Shown: positions 24,844 through 37,386 of the stretch, piece by piece | How the letters are laid out: each line of letters starts with the position of its first letter | How positions within the stretch are numbered: the stretch's first letter is position 1 | Assembly: GCA_951406725.2 (NCBI GenBank) | Contig: OX597829.1 | Location: forward strand, 55,614,001-55,678,000 | Source: Octopus vulgaris | Taxonomy: Eukaryota | Length of the DNA stretch: 64,000 bases | Direction of reading: 5' to 3' | The notes under the pieces: model-generated | Told to the model about the DNA's origin: nothing | Seen by the model: only the letters and a program-made list of their open reading frames with translations | Databases searched by the model: none | Translations under genes and position numbers: made by a program

Positions 24844-25484
24844 CCTTTTGAAGGTGGAGTAGCTGAAAGGGAGACAACTGGAAAAGAGGAATATTCTATT
24901 TGGTAGATGGAAACTGAAAGAAGCCTGTCGTATATGTGTGTGTGTGCGTGTGTGTGAGTGTGTGTGTGTATGTGTGTGTGTATGTGTGTGTGCATGTATG
25001 TGTGTGTGTGTGAGTATGTGCATATGTTTGTGCATCTGTGTTTGTACCCCCAACCACCAACGTCGCTTCACAACCAATGCTGGTGTGCTTATGTCCCTCT
25101 AACTTAGCGGTTCAGTAAAAGCAACTGATTGAATAAGTACTGGGATTACAAAGTAAAGTCCTGGGGTCGATTTGCTTGACTAAAGGCAGTGCTCCAGCAT
25201 GGCCACAGTCAAATGACTGAAACAAGTAAAAGGATAGATAGATAGATAGTTAAAAAATATGTGGGGTCAGGTTGACCTGGTCAATGGCTGAGCTATTTTC
25301 AACAAAGAAGATGATGATGTCAAAGAGCTTAAAGCTAAGACATGCAAATATCATCATCATCACCATCGCCATCATTGCCATCATCATCATAATCGTCATC
25401 ATCATCATCATCACAGCTGTGAGAAAAACCAAAAATATCTCTTATCCCTTACAAAAAATATATATATGTATGCAAGAATAAAGC

Positions 25485-25542
<58 letters not shown>

Positions 25543-25546
<4 letters not shown>

Positions 25547-27289
25547 AATAAATGAAAGAATGAAGTTGAACGATTGTCTACTTTACCTACAGAATGCTTC
25601 GAACAATATGATACAGAAGACTAAAAACAGATTAACTAGATTTTTTAGCAGAATGGGCTTGAGCATAGTTTTCGACGACAAATTAACTAAAGCCAACTTC
25701 TTAGATGTTATCCTAAATCTGCAGAATAATTCTTACTTCCCTTATCATAAGCCTTCTACTAATCATAAATATATCAGCATTTTCAGTAACCATGCCAAAA
25801 ACTATCACCGATAATTTAGTTAAAAATATATCCTTAAGACTATCAAATTTATCTGCTAATGTTGACATCTTTAACCAAAAAGCGGAATTTTATAACGCCG
25901 CCTTGTCAAAAGCCGGTTATAGAGATAAGGTATCATATATCGACCCGGCCCATTCTAAACCGATATATGCTTCTCAGGATAAGAAAGCTAATAACAATAG
26001 AAATAATGTAAATAATGATTTCAGCTCTAACAACGTCGACACCACTATACTTAACAAAAATAATTTACGGACCAGGGGAGGCAATCGGAAACCAACACCA
26101 ATTTTCCAACACAGAAATACTCCCTTTAATGTAAATGGTAACATTCTGAACTATTCTAAATAAAAAAAAAACTATATCTGGTTTGTCATTCCTTTCGGAA
26201 AACAAATCACGTCTAATCTCCCTTTACAGTTCCGTGAAGCCGTAGCTAGAAACTTTCCCAGGAATTCTAGGTATTACTCTACTATCAATTCGCATAAGGT
26301 AAGGATTGCATTCTCCAACACTAAAAATCTATCGCAGATCATTGCCTCCCATAATAACAAGCTGCTAAATAAGGACTCATCACCCGGGAGTAGCGACACT
26401 GCTCTTACCAATTCCAACCAAACATACAATAATAATAATAATAGAAATAGTATTGATAATAGCAACATTCATAGCAGCGTTGGCATTAACAATGGTAATA
26501 TTAATAATAATATTAGTCGGATTATTAACAGTGGTAGTGTTAGTGGTAATAACGACAGCATTTATAATAACAGTGGTAGTATTGATGATAACAACCCCAA
26601 CATTCCTATAGTCAGGGAAATTACCGACGATAATACAATTAATAGTAATGATAATAATATGAATAGTATTGTGGTCAGTGCTAGCAATAATATTAACACC
26701 AATCATAACAGTAAAAACTCCGTCTTAGTCTCGGAGGTAAACCCTAACAGATTAAAGTTCTTATCCAGCAATTCCAAAATTAGAAATTCCATTTACCAGT
26801 GCAAAATTTCTTCAGGTACCGATGTCTTCTTCTACATAGGGGCAACTACTTCTAAATTAGCCCACAGGATCTCCAACAATTATTCAACTTTCCGAGATAA
26901 GAGAAAACAACACAGCACATGACTAAGTAAAATAGTTTGGCGTCTTAAGGACAGTAATACAACTTTCAAGCTGGAATGGTCCATATTGTCTGTATCCTTT
27001 CCGTTTGATAAGGGCAGAAAAATTTGTGGTGTCTGTAATTCCGAACTTTTCCATATTTTGTTCGCCAAAGTTCCTTTAATAAATACAATGGTCGAGAAAT
27101 CCTTTAGATGCATGCACTGGCAAAAACACACCTTTCACTCATATGAATAATGATTAATATAGATAACCTCCTTGAATTTTAATAATATAGTCCCATTTAT
27201 ATATCACCTCCATAGTCAATTTTTATACTCTTAAAGAACTACTACCCAACCCATTGAGGTGTGTTTTTCCTTTGTCTCTCTAACTCGCC

Positions 27290-27328
<39 letters not shown>

Positions 27329-28020
27329 TTCTCTCTATCGTAAGCACAATCAAACACACAGACACAAACCTGTCACTTCACCACTGTCTGTTCTTGGCAT
27401 CAACCCATCCACACACACAATCACGCACACACATACACACACATAGCCATTAATGCATTTATATACATACACACACATAGGCACTCATTCACAAAAGAAA
27501 ACAACAAATTCACCATTCATTTGACCTGCACCCTTTTACCTTCCTATTCTTAGGTCTCTCTCCTACAACCTTGTTTGAACCCTTGAACCTTCTAGAATCT
27601 TCTACATTCAACCATTTTTGACGTCACTGCTTATAACGGAATATTTTAAAGACATACTCATTATCGCTATGGGCTCCGTGTGGGCCGGCATCTAAAAATT
27701 TTTGTGCATCTTGATGCTGACATAAGTTCCTTACTTTTCCTGATGAGAAGGCGACATAATGCACCCCTTATTCCTTCGAAATTAGGAATATGCAGCCTTC
27801 GAAACATATGTCGAAAATAAAATAAAGGAATTTTGTTAATTCGTCGTCCAACTCCATTCTTTCATTTATTTGTATTAAAAAAAACAGACAAATTTCCACA
27901 CGATAGCACGTGATCTCTGCCCTAGGCATGTAGCTTCAACCGTGTTTTTCTGACGTGAATTTGCTACCCAGGTATCGGTTAACCGAATTATCCATAATAA
28001 GATAATTCATTCAACTACTC

Positions 28021-28022
<2 letters not shown>
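25543..28022 (+). mobile_element. Penelope-like element family B (RT thumb, Asn-rich linker, GIY-YIG, pLTR), pseudogenised
   Basis: ANFLDVILNL...PYHKP...SNH; YIWFVIPFGK; SIYQCKI...FYIGATTSKL; LEWSIL...CGVCNSE...CMH; first ~30 nt are an inverted copy of 27843-27874. Confidence 0.85.
27735..27817 (+). ncRNA. type I hammerhead ribozyme, family B, canonical core
   Basis: TTTTC-CTGATGA-GAAGGC...GCCTTC-GAA-ACATATGT-C-GAAAA; extended stem II (TGCA/TGCA, TATTCCT/AGGAATA); predicted cleavage after C27812. Confidence 0.88.
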
Positions 28023-28051
<29 letters not shown>

Positions 28052-28197
28052 GGTATGTATGTGTATATGGGCTCCGTGTGGGCAGGCATCTAGGGCAGAC
28101 ATCACGGGCTATCGTGCGGAAATTTGTCTGTATTTTTGAATACAAATAAATGAAAGAATGGAGTTGAACGACGAATTAATAAAATTCCTTTATTTTA

Positions 28198-28280
28198 TTT
28201 TCGACATATGTTTCGAAGGCTGCATATTCCTAATTTCGAAGGAATAAGGGGTGCATTATGTCGCCTTCTCATCAGGAAAA
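28198..28280 (-). ncRNA. type I hammerhead ribozyme, family B (inverted copy)
   Basis: Reverse complement of 27735-27817. Confidence 0.85.
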
Positions 28281-28637
28281 GTATGGAACTTATGTCAGCA
28301 TCAAGATGCACAAAAATTTTTAGATGCCGGCCCACACGGAGCCCATAGCAATAATGAGTGTTTCTTTAAAATATTCCGTTATAAGCAGTGACCTAAAAAA
28401 TGGTTGAATGTAGAAGGCTTATGATAAGGGAAGTAAGAATTATTCTGCAGATTTCGGGTAACATCTAAGAAGTTGGCTTTAGTTAATTTGTCGTCGAAAA
28501 CTATGCTCAAGCCCATTCTGCTAAAAAATCTAGTTAATCTGTTTTTAGTCTTCTGTATCATATTGTTCGAAGCATTCTGTAGGTAAAGTAGACAATCGTT
28601 CAACTCCATTCTTTCATTTATTTGTATATATATATAC

Positions 28638-28668
<31 letters not shown>

Positions 28669-28686
28669 TATATAATGCTTTATTCT

Positions 28687-28753
<67 letters not shown>

Positions 28754-29433
28754 TTTATTCTTGCATACATATATATATATGTTGTAAGGGATAAGAGATA
28801 TTTTTGGTTTTTCTCACAGCTGTGATGATGATGATGACGATTATGATGATGATGGCAATGATGGCGATGGTGATGATGATGATATTTGCATGTCTTAGCT
28901 TTAAGCTCTTTGACATCATCATCTTCTTTGTTGAAAATAGCTCAGCCATTGACCAGGTCAACCTGACCCCACATATTTTTTAACTATCTATCTATCTATC
29001 CTTTTACTTGTTTCAGTCATTTGACTGTGGCCATGCTGGAGCACTGCCTTTAGTCAAGCAAATCGACCCCAGGACTTTACTTTGTAATCCCAGTACTTAT
29101 TCAATCAGTTGCTTTTGCTGAACCGCTAAGTTAGAGGGACATAAGCACACCAGCATTGGTTGTGAAGCGACGTTGGTGGTTGGAGGTACAAACACAGATG
29201 CACAAACATATACACATACTCACACACACACACATACATTCACACACACATACACGCACACACACACATACACACACACTCACACACACGCACACACACA
29301 CATATACGACAGGCTTCTTTCAGTTTCCATCTACCAAATCCACTCAGAAGGCTTTGATTGGCCCAAGGCTACGCACTGGGACTGAACCTGGAACCATGTA
29401 GTTGGTAAGCAAGCTACTTACCACACAGCCATG

Positions 29434-29465
<32 letters not shown>

Positions 29466-29709
29466 GTTTCTCTGTATATATATGTATATATACACATGTA
29501 TATATGGGTACAGGACATAAAAAAAAATGTTGAACACAATGAGAAACGAAAACATAAAAACAAAAACATAGGAACGAACTTTTTTTCAAACAACGAAAAA
29601 ACAAACAGAGAAACGAGACATAAAAGATAAAGAATATTCCTCCTTTTCAGTTGTCTCCCTTTCAGCTACTCCACCTTCAAAAGGTAAAATATATATATAT
29701 ATCTATAAA

Positions 29710-29745
<36 letters not shown>

Positions 29746-30775
29746 ACATCATCTTCATCATCGTTTAACGTCCGTTCTCCATGCTAGCATGGGTTGGACG
29801 GTTTGACCGGGGATCTGGGAAGCCAGAAGGCTGCACCAGGCTCCGGTCTGTTCTGGCAGTGTTTCTACAGCCGGATGCCCTTCTTAACGCCAACCACTCC
29901 GTGAGTGTAGTGGGTGTTTTTTACGTGCCACCTGCACAGTTGCCAGGCGAGGCTGGCAACGGTCACGGTCGGATTGGTGCAATTTACGTGCCACCGGCAC
30001 GGAAGCCAGTCGAGGCGGCGCTGGCATCGGCCACGATTCGGATAGTGCTTTTTACGTACCACCAGTCCAGGGGACCTGGCATCTGCCGGGTGCCAGTCAT
30101 AGGATTGGTTCAATTTCGATTCCGATTTCGATTTCGATTTCGATTTCACTTGTCCCAACAGGTGTTCGCAAGCAGAGAGGGGTTGGCATGGGTGCCTGTC
30201 GTCGGATGAGGTTCGATATCAACTTCGCTTGCCTCAACAGGTCTTTGTGTGTCCAAGGGAGGAAAGGCATGCATAAGCACATACGCACACATACACTAAG
30301 TTAAGCACAGTTACTCGTCACACACCCAAACTCCACGCATACACACAAAAACACACACGTACACACACAATTCTACAAACAACACACACACACAATACAT
30401 ATACATACACGCGCACACACATACCTCTTTGTTTTTGACCTGCGATTGGACCCACAACACTACTCCTTAATTCTTACTACTGGCCTGCTAGCAGTCGTTC
30501 GCCATACACACACACACACGGACACACACACAGACGTGTCATCATTGCACACATACACACACACGCGCACACGCTGACCTCCCCGCACGCACTACACCTA
30601 CACACATTCCCCCTCTCACTTTCTTTACCTTACTGTCTTTGATATAGCTCTCCTGTCTTTTAAAAACATTATTCTTCTACTTTTACCACTTCCGTCTTTT
30701 AGTATGTGACCTCGTCTGTATCACTAGCGATTTTTTTCCCCTGTCTTCCCTTCTCGGGATCTTTCCTTCTCCTAT

Positions 30776-30810
30776 GTTTCCGACGAAGAGCTCCGCTCGA
30801 AACGTCAAAC
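30776..30810 (+). ncRNA. 35-nt minimal hammerhead variant (U4C), family E
   Basis: GTTT-CCGACGA-A-GAGC-TCC-GCTC-GAA-ACGT-C-AAAC; stem III is only the palindrome ACGT. Confidence 0.6.
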
Positions 30811-30963
30811 CCTCCTTCTTCCCTTCTTTCCTGAGCATCCAATAATACTTTATTTGTTCCACGTCCTTGCGTTGTTGTTTTTTTTGTTTTTGTTTTCTTG
30901 TTTGGATTAACTATATATATATATATATATATATATACAATATGTTACATTACTCGGTAGTCA

Positions 30964-31026
30964 AGATAAAACTCTGAGTTTCAGATGCCGAAGTGGAAAT
31001 CCACAACACCATCTCTTCGGTTATGT
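30964..31026 (-). ncRNA. hammerhead variant (U4C), family D, inverted copy
   Basis: Reverse complement of 32055-32117 with one stem I substitution. Confidence 0.6.
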
Positions 31027-31187
31027 GGCTATTTGAAAACGTTATGAAAAAATACCGTTAAAAATGAAGGGAAATTACTCTGTTATAACTCTGCTTTGCC
31101 TGCGTACTTAGCGAAAAAATAAAATATAAAAAAATAAAATATACACCTATCACCAGCCCAACAGTAAGGAAAAGGAATAATAGAAAT

Positions 31188-31859
31188 AGGAAGGTCATCT
31201 GGTTTACGCCCCCTTACTCACCCGAGGTGGCCTTCAATATAGGTAAATATTTCCTAGCACTGATAGATAGACATTTTCCAGTTAACCATGCTTATAGGAA
31301 ACTCTTCAATAGACACAATTTAAAAATTAGTTTTAGTTCAACTACCAATTTTAAAAACATAATCAATCATAACATACAAAAAACACAAGAAGAAAACAGC
31401 TGTTCATGCAGGAATAAAGAATTGTGCCCGCTAAATGGAGCTTGCATGTCCAAGACCATCATATATGAAGCTACCGTAAACTCTATAACCACTAAAGACA
31501 CCGTTTCGACGAAGAAATACGTGGGCCTGACAGAGGGTAATTTCAAGGCCAGGTTCAATAACCACACTTTGAGCTTTAGGCACTGGAACAAAAGAAAAGC
31601 GACACAATTATCCAATCATATTTGGTCTTTAAGAGATAAAGGTGTCGATTATAACATACAATGGAAGATTTTGGCCAGATGTAAGCCCTACACTAACGGC
31701 AGCGGAAGGTGCGGTTTATGCGACATGGAGAGATGGCTTATCTGGAAAAGCAGCTTAGACCCTACCACATGTCTAAATACAAGGACAGAGCTTTTCGGAT
31801 CATGCCCACATGTGACTAAATTTCTGTTACGTTTTTGGTCCCCTAAAGAAAACGGATAG
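31188..31859 (+). CDS. Penelope GIY-YIG endonuclease domain (open frame, N-truncated)
   Basis: RKVIWFTPPYS...CSCRNKELCPLNGAC...IIYEATV...YVGLTEGNFKARFNNH...LSNHIW...CGLCDME...LNTRTELFGSCPH. Confidence 0.85.
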   Translation, partial: RKVIWFTPPYSPEVAFNIGKYFLALIDRHFPVNHAYRKLFNRHNLKISFSSTTNFKNIINHNIQKTQEENSCSCRNKELCPLNGACMSKTIIYEATVNSITTKDTVSTKKYVGLTEGNFKARFNNHTLSFRHWNKRKATQLSNHIWSLRDKGVDYNIQWKILARCKPYTNGSGRCGLCDMERWLIWKSSLDPTTCLNTRTELFGSCPHVTKFLLRFWSPKENG

Positions 31860-32054
31860 AACATGCTTTCTGTGTTATGTCCCAAGAAGATTTTATATAT
31901 TTTTTATATATTTTTATATATTTTTATGTATTTTTATATAATTTTTATGACGAAAAATGCGAGCGATGTATAAGTACGCAGGCAAAGCAGAGTTATAACA
32001 GAGTAATTTCCCTTCATTTTTAACGGTATTTTTTCATAACGTTTTCAAATAGCC

Positions 32055-32117
32055 AGATAACCGAAGAGATGGTGTTGTGGATTTCCACTTCGGCATCTGA
32101 AACTCAGAGTTTTATCT
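32055..32117 (+). ncRNA. hammerhead variant (U4C), family D
   Basis: AGATAA-CCGAAGA-GATG...CATC-T-GAA-ACTCAGAGT-T-TTATCT; same stem III as family C. Confidence 0.65.
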
Positions 32118-32215
32118 TGACTACCGAGTAATGTAACATATTGTATAGATAAATTTCCTCTATTTACATAATATTGAGGTCTCTTTCTTTCTTTTGTTAT
32201 CTTACCGTTTTATCA

Positions 32216-32244
<29 letters not shown>

Positions 32245-32247
<3 letters not shown>

Positions 32248-32724
32248 TTGTGTATGTGTGTGTATATGTATAGGTATATATGTATAAGGTTATATGTGCA
32301 TATATGTATCTAAGACGTTGTATCCATTCACCGTTAGACGGTGGTGAGAGGGACAAACGCACACACACACACACACACACATATATGTGTGTGTGTGTCT
32401 ATATAAATGTATATGTGTGTATGTATACAACCTTCAACAAGGTAAGTCATGTATACAACTTGAACTGACACATATCATCACATAAACATACGTTCACATG
32501 TACATACACATGTACACACACACACACAGACACGTCTACACACTCTCCTAAATACATACATATGTAGGCATGCACACATACATGCGCACATATATGTACA
32601 CACATGTATTCATACATACATACATACATACATACATACATACATACATACATACATACATACATACGCACACACACACATACATACATACATACATACA
32701 TACATACATACATACATACATACA

Positions 32725-32755
<31 letters not shown>

Positions 32756-32928
32756 CATGAACTAACTGTTACTTTCTCAGATGCAGCACGAAGTTTTGTC
32801 AGTGAAGAGGTCGCGGTCTGAAAGCGACGAAAATATTTTGACAATTAAATTTAAATGTTGAAGTGAATCTAACGGTTTTTGTGTGTTTCTTAAATGGCTT
32901 ATAAACACCTTCCATGCTGCAATTGTTA
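32245..32928 (+). mobile_element. Penelope family A 3' UTR/pLTR with hammerhead at 32796-32844 (G3/G8 form)
   Basis: Matches 59256-59821 and rc 56381-57150; ends GCTGCAATTGT+(TA)n like the other copies. Confidence 0.85.
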
Positions 32929-34165
32929 TATATATATATGTATGAATGTATGTATGAATGTATGTATGTATGTATGTATGTATGTATGTATGTATGTATG
33001 CATGTATGTATGTATGTATGCTTGCATGTATGTATGTGTGTATGTATGTATGTATGTATGTATGTATGTATGTATGTATGTATGTATGTATGTATGTATG
33101 TATGTATGTATGTATGTATGTATGTATGTGTGTATGTATGTATGTCTGTATGTATATGTATGTATGTATGTATGTATCTATGTATGTATGCATGCATGTA
33201 TGTATGTGTGTATGTATGAACAGATATATATATATATATACACACACACGTACACACATCTAAATTGTAGTAAAAAAATTCAGTAAAAATAAATGTTGGC
33301 TGTTTATCAAAATCACAACTCTGAGTATTTCTAATGAAGAGTTGAACCTGCTCGGTGAGTATATTTAGCATCCACCCTATAATAATTGCACTAAGTTAGC
33401 AGAATAATTTGTCTTAAAAATCAGGACTAAAATGAATGGTTAAATGAACATTGTATAAAGCACTTAACCGGTGATCGAAAGGATGTGAGTTCGAGTCTCA
33501 TGGCTGATTACTGACAAAATTTTCCGCTTTATACGGATACTTTATCCTGTCTCTGCTGTTGTATCAGCGTTTCTGCGTTTGAAAATAAATTATTATTTTA
33601 TCTGTGTCTCACAATACATTCCAATGCTTCTAAAACAAACGTTAGTTTGTTTACATTTATCTTAATTGCATAATGTGTTTTAATGTTTGTTTTTATGTCA
33701 AGCTAACTTTTATCTTTCTTTTACTTCTTTCATTCATTGAAGAGCGACCATGCTGGGTTCCCACTTTAAAGGGTTTGGTCAAACAAATCGACTTATGCTT
33801 TTTTTAAAGTGAGGTACCTATTTTTATCGGGGTCCTTTTCTTAATCGCAAAGTTACTAGATCGGAAACAAAGCAACACCGGTTGTCAAGTTGTCAAGCGG
33901 TGCTGAGGACAAACACAAACATAAAGACAAACGTGCGCACACACATATACGATAGGCTTCTTTCAGTTTCCGTCTACAAGGCTTGGCTCGGTCCGGGACT
34001 ATTGTGGAAGACACTTGCACAAGTGCCATGCACTGGGACTGAACTCAAAACCAAGCTGTTGGGAAGCTAACGTTTTACCGCTTAGCCATGCCTGCACCGA
34101 GCAACTTAGAATTATACTTCAGGACTACTCAATACTTTTTATTAGAGTGCACACAGTAAATATTG

Positions 34166-34210
34166 ATTGTGACTTCGAAGTTTCGGCTTGTTAGCTTTCG
34201 TCAGAATTTG
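34166..34210 (-). ncRNA. hammerhead-like motif (weak stem I)
   Basis: Minus strand CTGACGA-AA-GCT-AACA-AGC-C-GAA-ACTTCGAAGT-C; 10-nt palindromic stem III. Confidence 0.5.
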
Positions 34211-34309
34211 TTTTAGTTAGCTGCTTTATATTATCTTTTGCGAGTTATCTTTTAGGGACTCTAGGAAAATGATTGTGTAGGATCGGATAGCGAAAGCTAG
34301 AAGGAAAGA

Positions 34310-34377
<68 letters not shown>

Positions 34378-34645
34378 ATGTGTGAGTTGACAGAAATTTA
34401 TGGTGAGGAAATTTATTATGGTTTGATGGGAGAATTTTGTAATTGCTAGGGTTCAGTCAGGAGTGGAAGAAAAGGGTGTAAACAGACATATTTCAATCTT
34501 TATCTACATAAATGCATACATACGTACATCATACATACATACATACATTGATGCATGCATACAGACACACATGGTGACACACACACATATATGTATATAT
34601 GTATGTATGTTTGTATCTGTCTGTCTGTCTATCTATCTGTCTGTC

Positions 34646-34707
<62 letters not shown>

Positions 34708-34735
34708 TAATCTATCTATCTATCTACCTACCTAC

Positions 34736-34810
<75 letters not shown>

Positions 34811-35449
34811 CGGTCCAAAACTACACAAGAAAATCTACAAAAACGAGGTGAAACTAACAAGGTGTATTAGTTTAACGTTCAGAAGTAGAGCTCCTTAATA
34901 TTTTGAGCGTAGGCTCTTTATAGAAAGAAAGAGAAGAGAAAAAAGACGGCGATAGAAAAAATGGAGGGAATAAAACGTGTCTGAATTAACGGTTAGTCCA
35001 TGATGTTACCAGTCATGTGTATGCAAGCGCGTGTGTGCAGGAAGCTATTGTGTGCGTGTACGTGTGCTACTAGCGTGTGTGTTCTTGTGTCCTTTTTATG
35101 TATGCATGTGTAAAAGGCAATCACCGTGCATGCACGTGTGTATACACGCATTTGTGTTTGTGTGATGGTATTGTGTGCTTGTACATTATGTGTGTTTATG
35201 CGTGGATATTGTGTGTTTATGACTGTGTATGGGTGAGCGAGTGTATATGACTCATATTTAAGCATAAATGTATGTATATACATATATATTATATGCATAT
35301 ATACTATATGCATTCATACATGTTGATTCACTTTCGACAATGAAAAAAATGAGGGAGAACAGATATGGCAAAGGACATTTTCCGAAGCGTACCACATTCT
35401 CGGTTCTCTTGTTGATGTTTTTCATCCATAACCGATATACATCGGTGAA

Positions 35450-35573
<124 letters not shown>

Positions 35574-36244
35574 ACACACACACTCACACACATGCACAAA
35601 AAAAACAGAAACAGCCTTTCTGACGGGCTCCAACACATTTTCTGACTACTAAAATTTCCCCTCACACGCCTGTCGACAAACCGAGATTGAAGCAACAGAC
35701 AATTGTGTGGGGAGCCTCATTGTGAGATCAATCTCGAAACCACGTGGCTGTCGAGCGAACTTCTTAAACTTATAACCATGTTTGTTGCGGTGTCCACAAA
35801 AATCTTGCTAATGCGTCTGCATACATATTTGATGACGTTAGACAGCTGGTTCTGTTTTACTTGTAAGTAGGATAGCTTGCAATTTATTTGTCTGTTATAC
35901 GATTTCGTAGATACGTTTAACGTGACGCCAATATAAGTTTGACAGGTTCGTCTGACAGAATTTCTTAAATATTCTTGTGATAAGATTTTTTCCAAGATTC
36001 TATCAGCCGTGCTCTTCGAAATTATGAGTACACCATTAGTATATTGATTCAAAATAAATTTTCAAAAAACACTTTTCAGAGTGTTGAGTACAAATATGTC
36101 TAATAGTTCCCAAATCCCGACTCAAACGACAATGGTAACATCAAAGTTTCTATACTTGCACTTCATTTATCCATGATAAATCATCATTAGAAAGAAAATA
36201 TATCCCAGCAGCAAGTTATTCTTAAATGTTCTATAAATATTTAA

Positions 36245-36464
36245 CCCTTTAGATTCGGATTACTCTGTCAAGTATAATGCTTTTTTTATTCAAATTGGTT
36301 TGAATTAATCATGCCTTATCTCGCTGCTTCAAGATTTCAATGATATGATAGTATATTTTTAGAATGACATTTTATGGCAGGTGTGAGAAACCGAATTTGA
36401 TCAGTTTGAACATAAAACATGTAGAATATATGAGCCAAATATGGTTGGTTTAAATGCTAAAGGG
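36245..36464. mobile_element. piggyBac-like MITE
   Basis: TTAA|CCCTTTAG ... CTAAAGGG|TTAA. Confidence 0.75.
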
Positions 36465-37347
36465 TTAAGCACATTGAGAAAGCATTTTGGAGTAGTTCCC
36501 AGCTTAGTTGAATTAGATAATTCTGTATTTATTTTGGTATGAGTTTGTAATCCCTGTTATTATATTTAGATCTACACAGTTTCGATATAAGTGTGTGAGT
36601 ATGTATTAATAACGTTTCAAGAGTTCGCACGATCACAACATTAACAATGCATTTACATGTGCACGTATATATGTACACATGCGCACACACACACACACAC
36701 GCACGCAATACACAGGAATTAGCAGGTCCAGAAAAAAGGAAACAAAAAGTAAAATAAAAATTTACTTCTAGCGAAAATCAGGTTTGAAAATCAAACTTGA
36801 TTGATTATGATATGTAGGGATGCTTACATTTCATACGCAAAGATAATTCGATTGAATGAAAGCCAGGACTTAGTCCAACTTAAAGCATAAGGATTATAAT
36901 ATTTAACGTTGTAAACCACACATGATATTTCAAACTATCGATTGTTTTGGAGTTATGAGAGATGTGCGAATGTGATTTATTACTATTATTTTTCCATACC
37001 ACAATTTATTTGAACTCCTTCGGTGCCACGACGCGTCGCAAGATTATGAGTTACCACTGGTCAGATTTTGAACCGAGTCAAGGACTCAACTCACAAAATG
37101 GGTCACGTCCTGTTTGTTATTTGTATGACTCGGGGGGTGCCAGCTCAGGCTGTCTGGCCGCGTCGCTCGATTGAGTTAGACCATGATTACTGTGTTCTCT
37201 TCACCGATGATCCGGCTGGGTTTATAGCTCGCGTTGATCAACCACATGCCACATGGTCCCGATAGATGAGGAAGGTATCTCACAGACATGGGAACTGCTC
37301 GATTGGTCGCCTGGGAGGAACCGAGAATATAGCGACAAATGGTGAGT

Positions 37348-37386
<39 letters not shown>

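Larger units (their letters stand above)
24262..30277. repeat. ~6 kb inverted duplication with reciprocal deletions
   Basis: 24262-24788 = rc 29748-30277; 24841-24897 = rc 29631-29687; 24898-25490 = rc 28752-29339; 25543-25759 = rc 28409-28626; 27600-27925 = rc 28090-28414. Confidence 0.9.
30934..32217 (+). mobile_element. 5'-truncated Penelope-like element family D with an inverted 5' pLTR copy
   Basis: 30934-31110 is the reverse complement of 31971-32147; GIY-YIG ORF between; both ends in (TA)n. Confidence 0.9.

Noticed and set aside
26920-26922. In-frame TGA in the Penelope B endonuclease as a selenocysteine codon
   Set aside because: It aligns to a non-Cys position (ST*LSK vs ATQLSN) and the element has other stops and frameshifts; ordinary decay is likelier
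29631-29687. CTGAAAAGG...GAATATTC on minus as a hammerhead
   Set aside because: Core mismatched and no correctly placed GAAA or stem III
33318-33360. ACTCTGAGT and CTAATGAAGAG...CTC as a hammerhead
   Set aside because: No GAAA and no stem I in either orientation
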